Origin: Longimicrobiales bacterium | Lineage (GTDB): Bacteria > Gemmatimonadota > Gemmatimonadetes > Longimicrobiales > Gaopeijiaceae | Reading direction: 5' to 3' | NCBI GenBank assembly: GCA_965238005.1 | Contig: OZ250165.1 | Location: 1,696,001 to 1,760,000, forward strand | Length of the DNA stretch: 64,000 nt | Shown: one piece after another, positions 49,448 to 59,937 of the stretch | How positions within the stretch are numbered: position 1 is the first letter of the stretch | Layout of the letters: each line of letters starts with the position of its first letter | Program-made: the position numbers and the translations under genes | Notes under the pieces: generated by a model | What the model saw: the letters and a program-made list of their open reading frames with translations, nothing else | Told to the model about the DNA's origin: nothing | Databases searched by the model: none

Positions 49448-49528
49448 ATGACTCCACGGACGGCCATGTGTTGTTGTTGTTGTTGCACGGTAACGCCTAG
49501 AGAGGGGCGCGTTCCGACGAGTCGTTGA
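49448..49528 (+). CDS. Poly-Cys leader peptide 2, copy 2
   Basis: Same sequence as 23640-23720. Confidence 0.85.
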   Translation: MTPRTAMCCCCCCTVTPREGRVPTSR

Positions 49529-49552
49529 GAAGAAACCAAGACTCAAGCGAAC

Positions 49553-49585
49553 GCCGCGGCCCCTCGAGGGTCGCGGCTTTTTTTT
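49553..49585 (+). terminator. Attenuator terminator 2, copy 2
   Basis: Same hairpin plus T8. Confidence 0.9.
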
Positions 49586-49637
49586 GGGTCTCAACTCTGG
49601 AAGAAAGCATGTTGAAATTGAAATCGGAAGGCAGCAG

Positions 49638-50336
49638 ATGACTGCGGCGACAGCGGGTATCGAAGACGTGAGATGGATCAACGAACGGCTCGAGGGAGCA
49701 CATCCTTCGGACGCCATTCGCTGGGCCGTCGAGAACGTAACGCCCGGGCGGCTGATCGTGGCTTCTTCGTTCGGGTCCACGGGGATGGTGAATCTTCACC
49801 TGCTCGCGGAGATCGCGCCTCAGGTGCCCGTTGCATTCGTGGACACGCTGTACCACTTCCCTGAGACCCTGGAGCATGCCGAGCGGGTGAAGGCACACTA
49901 TGGCCTCGATGTGCGCGTCTACCGGCCCGCCGCGTCACGTGCGGCGTTCGAGGCGAGGTACGGGGAGCGGTTGTGGGAACGTGACTTGGAACTCTTTCAT
50001 CGACTCACGCGGGTCGAGCCCATGAAGCGGGCCCTCCGTGGCGTGGAGGGATGGATCACCGGGCGGCGCCGGGACCAGGCAGCCAGCCGTGCCGCTCTGG
50101 CCCACGTGGAGGTTGGGGATCGCATCAAGATCAACCCGCTGGCCTCTTGGCCGGCCGAAGAGGTTTGGTCCTTCATCCGCGCGAACGGGGTGCCGTACAA
50201 CCCGCTCCACGACCTCGGCTACCAGAGCCTCGGCGACCAACCTCTGACAACGCCCGTTTCCGAGGAAGAGCACGAGCGGGCCGGTCGGTGGAGGGGGAGC
50301 CAACGTTTGGAATGCGGCATACACGCCCTGACGTAA
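49638..50336 (+). CDS. cysH: PAPS reductase, copy 2
   Basis: Identical to copy 1 except for one Q/E change. Confidence 0.92.
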   Translation: MTAATAGIEDVRWINERLEGAHPSDAIRWAVENVTPGRLIVASSFGSTGMVNLHLLAEIAPQVPVAFVDTLYHFPETLEHAERVKAHYGLDVRVYRPAASRAAFEARYGERLWERDLELFHRLTRVEPMKRALRGVEGWITGRRRDQAASRAALAHVEVGDRIKINPLASWPAEEVWSFIRANGVPYNPLHDLGYQSLGDQPLTTPVSEEEHERAGRWRGSQRLECGIHALT

Positions 50337-50721
50337 AGCTTCATGCGGCACACGCCCACCAAATGACAGGCGCATGCTTGTCGTTACGCAAGAGACAGCC
50401 AGCTCGGTAGGTTAGGGTGGGGAACACGGCCACGCCCTGTAGAGAAGGGCACGCCAGTGGTTGCTTGCTCCGGCTACCGGCACCGACCTACTGCGAGCCC
50501 CGCTGGCTAGAGCTCGCGACTTCAGATAACGCCGCGCTCCCACTCGGGCCCTCGGGTACGCTTCGCTGGTTGGGCGAGTAGGTAGCAGAGTAGGCTGCGG
50601 GCCTGGCGCTTTGGGGCACCGTGTCTCGCTCTTCACTCGACGCGCCGCCGGGCAAGTGTTCGCTCCTCGCGTGCGCGGCGTTATAGATTGACCACCCCCT
50701 TGTGAATGCTGGCAGGTGGCC

Positions 50722-51813
50722 ATGACGACAATGACGGACATCGAGTGGGAGGAGTGCCTGCTGGAGCCGAGAGCGAGCCCCGAGCTCGAGCAGCGCTTCA
50801 TACGCGAGGTCGGCCGTTCTGGTCGGACGCTCCGATTCCTCAAAGGCTGCAGTTGGCTCGGTGATGCCGTGATTCGGCTGTCGGTCGAGCTCCAAACCCG
50901 CGTGTTTCTGGAGCCGGACCTCGCGGACCAAGTGGGGCTCGTGGTGAGTCAGGACAACTCCTGCCGATACTGCTTCGGCGCCCAGCGCGCGTTTCTCCGC
51001 ATTCTCGGCATGAAGGAGGCCCGCATCGCTCGCCTCGAGCAGGATCTCCTCACCGGTGACTTCACGCCTCAGGAGCGCGCGGCGATCGAGTTTGCAAGAC
51101 GTGTTTCACGGTCCTCTCCCCTCGCGTCGCAAGTCGATCTCGAGGCGTTGCGAAGGGGAGGCTTCTCGGACGCCGAGGTCTCCGAGCTCGCAGGTCTGAT
51201 CGGGCTGTACCTCTTCTTCAACAAGCTCTCCACGATGCTCGCGCTGGCGCCGGGACCCATAGAGCAGCTTCCCGATTCTTGGTGGGTGTGCATCACGCGA
51301 CCGTTGATGGCCATCAAACTTCGTCGGATTCGGAAGACGGCACGGCGGGTCGACCTCAGGGCGGAGGAGAAGACCGGGCCGTTCTCCGCAGTCGTCGTCG
51401 GTCTGGACGGCCTGCCGATGGCTCGCCAGCTGAGAATCGTGCTCGACCGGATGTGGTCGTCCAACGCGATCACCCCCCGGGCCGTTCCTCTCGTCTTCGC
51501 GGTCATCGCACGCGCCCTTGGCTGCGCGGCTTCGGAGCGGGAGGCCACACGGCTACTCGTGGAGCGAGGGCTCACCGTGGAGGAGGTGCAAGAGATCCTG
51601 ACCCACCTCGCATCCCCGGCTCTCGACGAGATCGAAGGCGAGATCGTCCCTCTCGCGCGCGAGACGGTCTGGTACCAGCCCGCACAGATTCAAAGGAGGT
51701 GTCGCGAGTTCCAAGCCCTCGTGACCCGCGAGCAGATGCTCGAGTTCCTCGGCGCGGCATCGCTCGCGAATGCGGTCTGCAGGCTCGGCGTCGTGAGCGA
51801 CGCCTTCGAGTGA
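50722..51813 (+). CDS. AhpD/carboxymuconolactone decarboxylase-like two-domain protein
   Basis: VSQDNSCRYC CxxC motif, ERAAIEFAR, GFSDAEV. Confidence 0.75.
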   Translation: MTTMTDIEWEECLLEPRASPELEQRFIREVGRSGRTLRFLKGCSWLGDAVIRLSVELQTRVFLEPDLADQVGLVVSQDNSCRYCFGAQRAFLRILGMKEARIARLEQDLLTGDFTPQERAAIEFARRVSRSSPLASQVDLEALRRGGFSDAEVSELAGLIGLYLFFNKLSTMLALAPGPIEQLPDSWWVCITRPLMAIKLRRIRKTARRVDLRAEEKTGPFSAVVVGLDGLPMARQLRIVLDRMWSSNAITPRAVPLVFAVIARALGCAASEREATRLLVERGLTVEEVQEILTHLASPALDEIEGEIVPLARETVWYQPAQIQRRCREFQALVTREQMLEFLGAASLANAVCRLGVVSDAFE

Positions 51814-52637
51814 CCTTCCTCTGGATCGCCCTGCTCGGCGCTTTGGCGTTAGGCCTCGGGGTCTTCGCCTGGCGCAGCGAGCGGGAGGCCCGGCGGCTGA
51901 GGGACAGGCTGGAACGCGCGGCCGTCGAGCTCGAGAACTTGCAGATGAGCTTCAGTCGGTTCGCTCCGGACGACGTGATCGAGAAGATCATCGCGGACGG
52001 CACGGCGGACATCGGAGAGAAGAAGGAGGTCACGGCCCTGTTTGCCGACCTCGTCGGATTCACGGCCATGAGCGAGAGCACGCCGCCGACGGTCCTCGTG
52101 AGAGTCCTCAACGGCTATTTCGAACGCATGAGCCAGGCGATCACCAGCCATCGCGGCTATGTGTCCACGTTCATCGGCGATGGCATCCTAGCCCTCTTCG
52201 GCGCGATGGTGCCGAATCCGTGGCAGGGCAACGATGCCGTCCACGCGGCGCTCGCCATGCGCCGCGCTCTCACGGCCTACAACGAGGAACTCGCTGCCGA
52301 GGGGCTTCCAGGGCTGACGCTGGGGATCGGGCTGCAGCGTGGCACAGGCGTCGCTGGGTTGGTCGGCAGCCGGCAGCTGAAAGAGTTCACCTTCGTAGGG
52401 GGCACGGTGAACGTGGCGGCGCGCGTGCAGGACCTGACGCGAGTCCACCCAGCGGACATCATCGTGACGCAGACGCTCCGGGATTCGCTCGATCCCCGTT
52501 TCCAGCTACGCGCGCTTCCGGACACGCTCGTGAAGGGAATCGAGAAGCCCATTGCCATCTACGCTGTCGATGGCTTCGATAAAGATGGGAGTGTGTCTCA
52601 AGCGAATCAAAGTCGCGCGAGCCCACGTCCCGCGTGA
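51810..52637 (+). CDS. Membrane-anchored class III nucleotide cyclase
   Basis: TM plus coiled coil, FADLVGFT, FIGDG, VNVAARVQ, VKG; GTGA overlap with the upstream gene. Confidence 0.9.
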   Translation: MTFLWIALLGALALGLGVFAWRSEREARRLRDRLERAAVELENLQMSFSRFAPDDVIEKIIADGTADIGEKKEVTALFADLVGFTAMSESTPPTVLVRVLNGYFERMSQAITSHRGYVSTFIGDGILALFGAMVPNPWQGNDAVHAALAMRRALTAYNEELAAEGLPGLTLGIGLQRGTGVAGLVGSRQLKEFTFVGGTVNVAARVQDLTRVHPADIIVTQTLRDSLDPRFQLRALPDTLVKGIEKPIAIYAVDGFDKDGSVSQANQSRASPRPA

Positions 52638-52861
52638 CGGGCGGGAATCGCCGCGGGCTGTCCCCCCGTAGAGGGTTCGGTGGCCGAGTCGTTCCCGGTC
52701 ATGCCCCCCGTGCCGGGTTCTGCTCCCGACAGGGCACGAGGTGTCCCTCGCGGCCGCCAGTTGATCCCAGAGGAGTCAGGTCGAGTGACATCGGTCCCGC
52801 CATGGATGACTCAAAATCCCCCGAGAATCAGCGCGGATGGAGTTTTCGCGGAGCACGCCGC

Positions 52862-53446
52862 TCAGGTAATGTCGTGGATGCTCGCGGGCTGCGGCCTCGT
52901 TCCCTCCGCAACTTCTCGGATGATCTGCGACAGGTCTCCGGAGACTGGGTCGTGAGGCACCAGCTCCAGCGCCCTGCTCACGAAGCTCTCGGCCTCGGCG
53001 AGGTCGCCGCCCAGAAGATGGGCCAAAGCCAGGTTCGCCATGAGTCCAGGGTCGTCGGGGCGGGCGTCTAGGGCGGCCTGGCAGCACTGGAGCGCGAGCT
53101 CCGTGTTCTCGGCCTCGAAGGCGGCAAGCCCGGTGTCCCGAGCCACGTCGGGTTGATCCGGGGCGAGTGCCATCGCCTTCTTGAACCAGAAGAGGGATTC
53201 CGCCTGGCTTTCCATCCGTTGGTGGATCTTCCCCAGCATCCACATGGACTGCCACCCCTTGGGGTTGATCTCCAACGCCCCCTGGAAGCGCTCGATCGCT
53301 TTCTGCAGCTTGCGCCGTGCGAACATCCCCGGCCTTCCGGAGGGGCCGCTCCCGTCGAGGAAGACTTCGCCCTCTATGAGGGACGAGCCCTCATCGAAGA
53401 TCTCATCGTGCCGTGCCGCGTCGGCGGGCGAGATATCGTCCGACAT
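52862..53446 (-). CDS. Tetratricopeptide repeat protein
   Basis: ALEINP, AMALAP, ALDARP and ALELVP TPR caps. Confidence 0.8.
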   Translation of the reverse strand: MSDDISPADAARHDEIFDEGSSLIEGEVFLDGSGPSGRPGMFARRKLQKAIERFQGALEINPKGWQSMWMLGKIHQRMESQAESLFWFKKAMALAPDQPDVARDTGLAAFEAENTELALQCCQAALDARPDDPGLMANLALAHLLGGDLAEAESFVSRALELVPHDPVSGDLSQIIREVAEGTRPQPASIHDIT

Positions 53447-54759
53447 GCTCGCTTCCTTTCTTCCAAGAGATCGCTGATCCGCATGACTCAAAGCTTCCCG
53501 GCTCGGGAGTGGACCGCAAGAAGTTTGGCCGACCGCGTACCGGTGGTCACCTGATCGCGAAGCCAATCTCCCTCAGCCACTCCTCCGGCAGGGACCCCGT
53601 ACAGCGGCCCACGAGCGACTGGATTCGCTGGATCTCCGCCTCCGAGGGGCTCACCGCGCTACGGTTCGCTTTCTCAAGCCACTCGCCTACGGCCCGTCGC
53701 GCTGCGATGGCGACCGGCTCCTGTCCCTCAAGCACGCGTCCCACCCCTACACCGTCCCCACCTACCCTCGCTAGGCAGCGGTCGCCATGTGGTCTGGGAC
53801 TCGGAGACACCTGGGTTCGGCCTTCGAGTATATCCGAGTGATCGCAAGGCCTTCGTCCTCTCGTACCGATTCCAGGGACGGAAGCGGCTGCTCACGCTCG
53901 GGACCTACGGTGTTCTCACCGTGCAGCAGGGTAGGGAGGCGGCCCGGAAGGCTCTCGGCCAGGTAGCTGCGGGCCATGACCCTCTCGAGGGTCGGAAGGA
54001 CTCTCGGCGGCATCGGGTGACACTCAAGGAGCACGCCGAGGAGTGGTCTGAGGCGGAGGGTAGGGTGCGGCGGAGGTCCTGGTTTAGCGGGATGACGAGA
54101 GACGCCTGGACAAGCACATCCTACCAGCTTTGGGCTCGAAGGCGTTGGAATCCATCACCGAACGGGACTGCGAGCGACTCCACGCGAAGGTGACCGAGCG
54201 AGGTCCGGTAAAGGCGAACAGGACGCTCGAGCTCCTCCGCCTGGTCCTGAATGTGGCGATGAACGATGGGCTGATTGATAGGAACCCCGCCGCCCGATCT
54301 TGGCGTTCGAAGCGTGGAAATCGAGAGCGGAGCCGGACCCGCTACCTCAAGAAGGACGAGTTCCAGGCGTTCACCAAGGCGGTCGAAGAAGAACAGAACC
54401 CGTATGTGCGAGCCGTGGTCTGGCTCCTGCTGCTCACGGGCGCACGGTCACAGTCGGAGCTTCTACGACTACGGTGGGATGGCATCGATTGGGACGGTGG
54501 GCTGATCGCCCTCCACCGCTCGAAGACCGACGACGTACTCACTCTGCCGTTATCGGATGCAGCTCGCGAGATCCTCGCCTCGTTACCTCGCGAGGCATCG
54601 AATCCCTACGTGTTCCCAGGTAGGGCACCCGGGACACATCGGATGACGATCAGGAAGCCATTCGAGCGGATCCGTGAGAAGGCGGGGCTGACAGGCGATC
54701 GGTCTGTAACCCTGCATGACCTGAGGAGAACCGCCGGTTCGCTCATGGCCCAGGCTAGG

Positions 54760-56362
54760 GAGTCTGCGCCGCAGAAGCACAGCTGACTGAGCCGAATGGT
54801 CATCGAGCCGTCCGCGGCGAGGCGGATCCGGGTGATTGGGAGGTTGAGGACTTGTGTCTGCGACGGATCGGGAGAGCGGAATGGATGCGTTGGGGGGGGG
54901 CAAGAGAGCTACGAGAGCCCTCGCGCCGGCAGATGCGGGTGAACCCTCGTGCAGTCATGCCGCCTGAAGGGTGTGCAGCCGCTTCACATTGAGTGCCAGG
55001 CACACGAGGGTCCACTCGGCCCGGACCTTCTCGAGGCCCCGGAAGCTGAATCGTCGAAAGCCCATCACTTCCTTGATCCAGCCGATGGGCGCCTCGGCCT
55101 GCGACTTTCGCCGTGCGTAGCGTCTGCGGCCATCTTCGCTCGCCAGCTTCTCCGCCATGCGGACTTTCGCCGGATATTCCTCCTTGTCAACCGTGGGGGC
55201 GGCCTTGCCCTCCCGGGCCAGCGCCACATACCCGTCGATGTCTCGCTCTTCCAGTTCCTCGAGATCCCGCTCGTTGCAATAGCCCGTGTCCGCCAGCACC
55301 TGCGCCGGCGTCTCGCCGTACGCTTGCGCCACCGCGTCGACCATGGGCACCAGCTGGCCCTGGTCGCTCGCGTTGTCCGTCACCTCGGCCCCGACCACCA
55401 GCTGGTTCTCCCCCTCCACGACCGTCTGTGCGTTGTAGCACTGCTGGAACCCCTCCGAACTCGTCTTCATGATCCGGCTCTCAGGGTCCGTGAAGTTGCT
55501 CTGCGCCGCCTCGTCCGGCTCTCCGTACTCCCGCTTGTAGGGCCTGCCGCCCTTCGGGTTGCGCGTCTGCCCCGGCTTGCGGCCCCGTGCGTCGTCCGCC
55601 GCTCTCTGCTCGGCTTCCAGGCGCGCCTTCGCCTCCCGGATCGCCGCCAGCCGGTCCTCGCGCCGCTTGAGCTCCTCCGGCACCTCGTCTCCGCATGCTT
55701 CCTCGCCGTAGCGCTCGTCTTCCGCTTCGTCCACCGCCTCGGCCCTCTCCAACAGCCCCCGGATCTCCGCCTCCAGCCGAGGCTCCCCGGTCACCATCCG
55801 GCCGTAGCTCATCGCCTTGCGCTTGTTCGCGTTCGCCCGAACCTTCGTCCCGTCCACCGACACCCTGCCAAGCCCCGCCAGCCCCAAGGCCCGCGCGAGC
55901 ATCACCACCTCCACAAACACCGCCCGGAAATCCCCGAGATGGCGCTTGCGGAACTCGCACAGCGTCCGGTGCTTCGGGAAGTTCTCCGCCGCCAGCATCC
56001 GAAACGCGACATCCTCCTCCAGCTTCCTCGCCATCTTCCGCGACGAGAAGGTGCCCGTCGCATACGCGTAGATCAGCACCTTGACCATCATCCGAGGGTC
56101 GTACGGCGAGTTGCGCCGCCCGTCCCCCCGGTACCGCCCGTAGAACGCGCTCAGCTCCACCGCGTCCACCAGGTCGCTCACATGGTGCGCCAAATGACCC
56201 TCCGACACCCACTCCCGAAGATCCGGAGGCAGCAACAACATCTGCTCCGGATCGTACGGTCGAAATGTCGTTCCCATTCACCCCCCTCGGTGATCCGCAA
56301 GCCTTCCCAATGCCTTCGCTACCACCAAAGATAGCCGCCGCAGGGTTCTGCGGCGCAGACTC
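54760..56362 (-). mobile_element. IS1182-family element, copy 2
   Basis: Same IRs as copy 1; CTAGG on both flanks. Confidence 0.92.
54955..56277 (-). CDS. IS1182-family transposase
   Basis: Protein identical to 28708-30030. Confidence 0.92.
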   Translation of the reverse strand: MGTTFRPYDPEQMLLLPPDLREWVSEGHLAHHVSDLVDAVELSAFYGRYRGDGRRNSPYDPRMMVKVLIYAYATGTFSSRKMARKLEEDVAFRMLAAENFPKHRTLCEFRKRHLGDFRAVFVEVVMLARALGLAGLGRVSVDGTKVRANANKRKAMSYGRMVTGEPRLEAEIRGLLERAEAVDEAEDERYGEEACGDEVPEELKRREDRLAAIREAKARLEAEQRAADDARGRKPGQTRNPKGGRPYKREYGEPDEAAQSNFTDPESRIMKTSSEGFQQCYNAQTVVEGENQLVVGAEVTDNASDQGQLVPMVDAVAQAYGETPAQVLADTGYCNERDLEELEERDIDGYVALAREGKAAPTVDKEEYPAKVRMAEKLASEDGRRRYARRKSQAEAPIGWIKEVMGFRRFSFRGLEKVRAEWTLVCLALNVKRLHTLQAA

Positions 56363-56599
56363 CTAGGGTGCCCTTGTACCACATCAGGGCCGTCCTGGGG
56401 CACAAGAGCGAGGCTGTGACGCAGGTCTATGCGCGGCTGGGAGAGGACGACACCAAGGGAGCGGTGGACGTTCTCGGCTCGTCGGTTTCACGACTTCAGG
56501 AGGTGCCCGATTCTGTAGACACGGATGCCCTGGACTCGGAGGAGGCAGCGCTCCGGGCACGCCTCGCAGAGATTGAAAACACGCGTCAGGGGGCTACCG

Positions 56600-57941
56600 A
56601 TGGGTAAGTCATCCAGGCCACCAAGCGAGCCACCGCCAGACCTGAGCGTAAGCGGCCTGGAGCCTGAGTGGATTGGTCCCCTGATCGGGGACGAGGAAGC
56701 CTACGATCGCTAGCTCTTCGTAGAGTTGGTGGATGAGATGGTGCCGAAACTGAAGGAGAGTTTGGTTGAGGATGTCCTGTCGAAAGCCGAGGAGCTAATC
56801 GGTGACGTCCCGATCGGTGACGTCTCAAGTCCGGCCGAGCGAGGGCCGATGGAGCGTTTCCAAATGCTGCCTGGTCTCGTCGCGAGTGGGGACGACTTCG
56901 AAGATCTAGAGGTCCTGAAGGTGCAGCCGGACAAGAGTGTGGACGTCCCGCCGAAGGCAAGGGAGGTCCTGAAGACTCTAAGGTCCTGAAGCTCCCAGAA
57001 GAAGACCCGAAGGATCTGAATCTCCCGGACGACCTGAACGACTTGAACGAAGAGGAGCTCCTGGAAGTCAGGCACTCCTAGGAGCCCCGGACGACCTGAC
57101 CCGAGAGGCTGCCGAATTGGAGTTATCCGAAGCACTGGAGATCGCAGGGTTGTCAGAGGAGGGCGATGCCACGGCGTTCAAGGAAGCGTTCAGCGATTGG
57201 TGCAAACAGTGGCACCTAGACAACCGCTGGCAGCATGTCGCCGCCCTTCAAACCCTGGTCTCCATGACGCAGGGTTGGAAGTCGGAGGATCTCACCACTC
57301 TCGATTCTTGGACACTCCCGACAGAGAGGCTACGCCCGGCCCATCGCGAACTGAAGCTGACCCCCGTCCATCGCGAACTGCGGCTACCCCCCCTTGTTTG
57401 GATCCCGACGGAACAGGCTTGGGCCGCATTCCAGCGCGACGTCCGCAGCAGGGTCAAGGAGGAACTGGCAAGGTTCAAGAAGGAAGCAGAAGCTCAGTTT
57501 GAAGCAAGCCGGCTAGAGCGCATCAAGTCGAAGCGCAGCGACCCGAAGATGCGGGATGTGCTCCGCTTTCAGATTGAAGGAAAGACCAAGGAAGAGGCGG
57601 ACGCCCATTTCGGAAGAGACGAATTGGAGCGTATCGAGTCAAAGCCAACCGCCCTGCCCGTACGTATCCTCATTCGCTTTCAGATTGATGGATGGAAAAA
57701 GGCTAGGATCATTGATGAGTTTTGGTCAGATGAGCTGTGCAAGCTGACGGGCAATAAGAGGGTTGTCGCCGGGGAAAACCTGGATCGCCGAGTCCGCCGA
57801 TCAGATCACCTTGAGCATTGTTCTGAACGGAGCTGTGCCTCTGCCTCAGCTCCGATCAGGATGTCACCAACTTGGTCCGGAGGGTCTGTCCCGTCCCCCC
57901 TGTCACATTCGGGGCTCCTCATTCGTTTCCATACTCGATGA
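56600..57941 (+). pseudogene. Degraded hypothetical gene(s) coupled to the integrase 3' end
   Basis: ATG overlaps the integrase end, in-frame TAG at 56711, further stops, then a 274 aa ORF at 57117-57941. Confidence 0.4.
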
Positions 57942-57978
57942 GAACTTCTAGCCAAGAATATGAAATACGGAGTACCCA

Positions 57979-58344
57979 ATGAAATTGACAGAGTCCCTCC
58001 TTGTGGCGGTGGATATTGCCCTTGCGGTGATGGCTTTGGTGCTGGTGGGGTGCGGCGACGACCCGATCGGCCCTGAGATGGGAACCGTCGAGGTGGAGGT
58101 TACCATGTCAGGGGTAGCCTTCAACGAAGACGGATTCGTCGTCGATCTGGACGATGGCGCCCAGACCGAGGACGTCGACGTCTCAGGCAGCGTCACCTTG
58201 GAGGTGGAGGCGGGCGATCACACCGTGGAGCTGACGGATATCGCGGTGAACTGCATGGTGGATGTTGACAACCCCGTTCCCGTCACGGTGACGGCGGGAG
58301 AGACGTCCACCGCGAGCTTCGCGGTTACCTGCGTGTTGACGTAG
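57979..58344 (+). CDS. Putative lipoprotein with an acidic beta-sandwich domain
   Basis: LVGC lipobox, beta-rich mature part. Confidence 0.7.
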   Translation: MKLTESLLVAVDIALAVMALVLVGCGDDPIGPEMGTVEVEVTMSGVAFNEDGFVVDLDDGAQTEDVDVSGSVTLEVEAGDHTVELTDIAVNCMVDVDNPVPVTVTAGETSTASFAVTCVLT

Positions 58345-58379
58345 CTCACTAAGGAGTTGCAGCAGAAGCGCCAAGGAAA

Positions 58380-59207
58380 ATGGAGGGGGAAGGGAAAGGG
58401 CAAGCCGAAGGTCAAGAAGAAGGGCTAGGCGTCGTCTTCCTTCCGCCTCCTAGCTGCGAACCCGAGTACGGTTCAGTGGATCGGCACCATCTGGAGACGC
58501 TGCTCCTTAATCAGCTTCTGATCGCCGTTGAAAAAGCGGACGACCGCAACGGTCTCAATGCCTCTTTCGAGGGTGAGGTTAACGAGCGTCGGTTCAAGCT
58601 TGTACGCCGCACCAGTGATGCGGCCTTCCTTGAGCGAGATCAGGCCATCCAAGAAGCGCGCAATGGGAGGCCGGTGCTTTCGCTGGAGCCTCAGTCATAC
58701 GGAAAGATTGGCGACAAACGAACAGCAGATATTCGCGTCAGAAACAAGGGTGGCGCGGCCGAAGTCTATGGAGTGATTGACTATTTTCGGTTGGAGCTCA
58801 AGCGTCATGGCCGTTTCATAACCTCACAACCCATCGTATGGGCGAAAAAACAACCCGATGCGCGTGATCCGAGGAAGATACTTCTAGAGTTGGAGCAGTA
58901 TTGTGATTTCCGTATAGCCGAGATGGAACCTATGGATGGGGACACGTTCCTCTATGCCGCTGACCATTGGATCATGAGGGACGGTGCGCTGTGGAATGCT
59001 AGTCATCCGTCGAAGCTAAGCAACGGAGCGAGGGCGTTCCTGGTAAGGATCAGGATTGCATCGAATCCTGAACCCGTTGGTTCCACCCTGGCTCAATGGT
59101 TTGAAGTTTCACCGATTGTCGGGATAGAGCAGACTGATCCGCCGCAGTGGGTCGGGGAGATCGACGAAAAGAAGGCAGAACGCCTTCGAGATATGCGCGG
59201 TGTCTAG
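58380..59207 (+). CDS. Hypothetical protein (visibly lower GC)
   Basis: 275 aa ORF; no family recognised. Confidence 0.5.
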   Translation: MEGEGKGQAEGQEEGLGVVFLPPPSCEPEYGSVDRHHLETLLLNQLLIAVEKADDRNGLNASFEGEVNERRFKLVRRTSDAAFLERDQAIQEARNGRPVLSLEPQSYGKIGDKRTADIRVRNKGGAAEVYGVIDYFRLELKRHGRFITSQPIVWAKKQPDARDPRKILLELEQYCDFRIAEMEPMDGDTFLYAADHWIMRDGALWNASHPSKLSNGARAFLVRIRIASNPEPVGSTLAQWFEVSPIVGIEQTDPPQWVGEIDEKKAERLRDMRGV

Positions 59208-59390
59208 GAGGAGTGAGTCTCACTCCTCGGTTGCCTCCAGTAGCCCCACTACCTCCTCCACCGACCAAGAAGGTGCCACCTGGTGAGCTTCAGCACAGTT
59301 CACGGGTCAGCCCGAAGAACAGGCTCCCAAGTGGCGTCCCCTGCGGGACTGGATCGAGGGGCGATGAGAACGGTGGACGTCCCCCGCACC

Positions 59391-59777
59391 TTATGGACTA
59401 GGCCACCCACCCTCCGGCCCGTCGCCCGTGATGGTCAGCAGGAGCGCCGTGTCCTCGAGGGCCCGGATGTCCTGGGCGTGGCCCGGTCCGAAGAAGAGGA
59501 CGTCCCCCTGGCCGATCTCGAACTCCTCGTCGCCCACACGGTAGTGGAGGCGCCCCTGGAGAGCCTGAAGGGTCATGGGCGAGGCGGCGTGATGGGTGCC
59601 CACCTCTACGCCCTCGGCGATCAGCGTGAGGGTTAGCCTGAGCGGCCCCGCCTTGACCAGGGTCCGGCCGACCCGGCCGCTCCGGACGTAGCGCTCGTCC
59701 CGGCGGAGCTCGGCGATCTGCTCATCCAGGTCGAAGGTGAGGTTCTCTCCGGTGAGAGCACGGGTGATGGACGACAG
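59391..59777 (-). CDS. Cupin domain protein
   Basis: GRTLVKAGPLRLTL, HHAASPMTLQ, HAQDIRALEDTALLLT; start uncertain (CTG after GGAGGT). Confidence 0.75.
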   Translation of the reverse strand: MSSITRALTGENLTFDLDEQIAELRRDERYVRSGRVGRTLVKAGPLRLTLTLIAEGVEVGTHHAASPMTLQALQGRLHYRVGDEEFEIGQGDVLFFGPGHAQDIRALEDTALLLTITGDGPEGGWPSP

Positions 59778-59896
59778 CGAGACCTCCGGGCCGGAGAAGC
59801 GATGAGGTGGTGGTATGAACGATAGCCTGCCGGCTCGCTGGGCGTCAAAACCCGGCCTCGATCCGAACCGACGACGCCCGCTTCGCGGGGCTCGGT

Positions 59897-59937
59897 GAAG
59901 CGTACGTATCTTTACATCGTGAGTATACGTACGGAGG
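59897..59937. repeat. Dispersed palindromic element, copy 3
   Basis: CGTACGTATCTTTACATCGTGAGTATACGTACG followed by GGAGG and ATG. Confidence 0.65.

Larger units (their letters stand above)
49063..50354 (+). repeat. Second copy of the attenuator-cysH cassette
   Basis: Matches 23255-24546. Confidence 0.95.
53789..56607 (+). pseudogene. P4-like tyrosine integrase with Arm DNA-binding domain; frameshifted near 54085 and interrupted by IS1182
   Basis: WDSETPGFGLRV, LTGAR, HDLRR before the IS; LGH...VYA after it; frame restored by removing the IS and one CTAGG. Confidence 0.85.

Noticed and set aside
28514..56362. Composite transposon bounded by the two IS1182 copies
   Set aside because: Each copy has its own target duplication and copy 2 sits inside a reconstructable gene, indicating independent insertions
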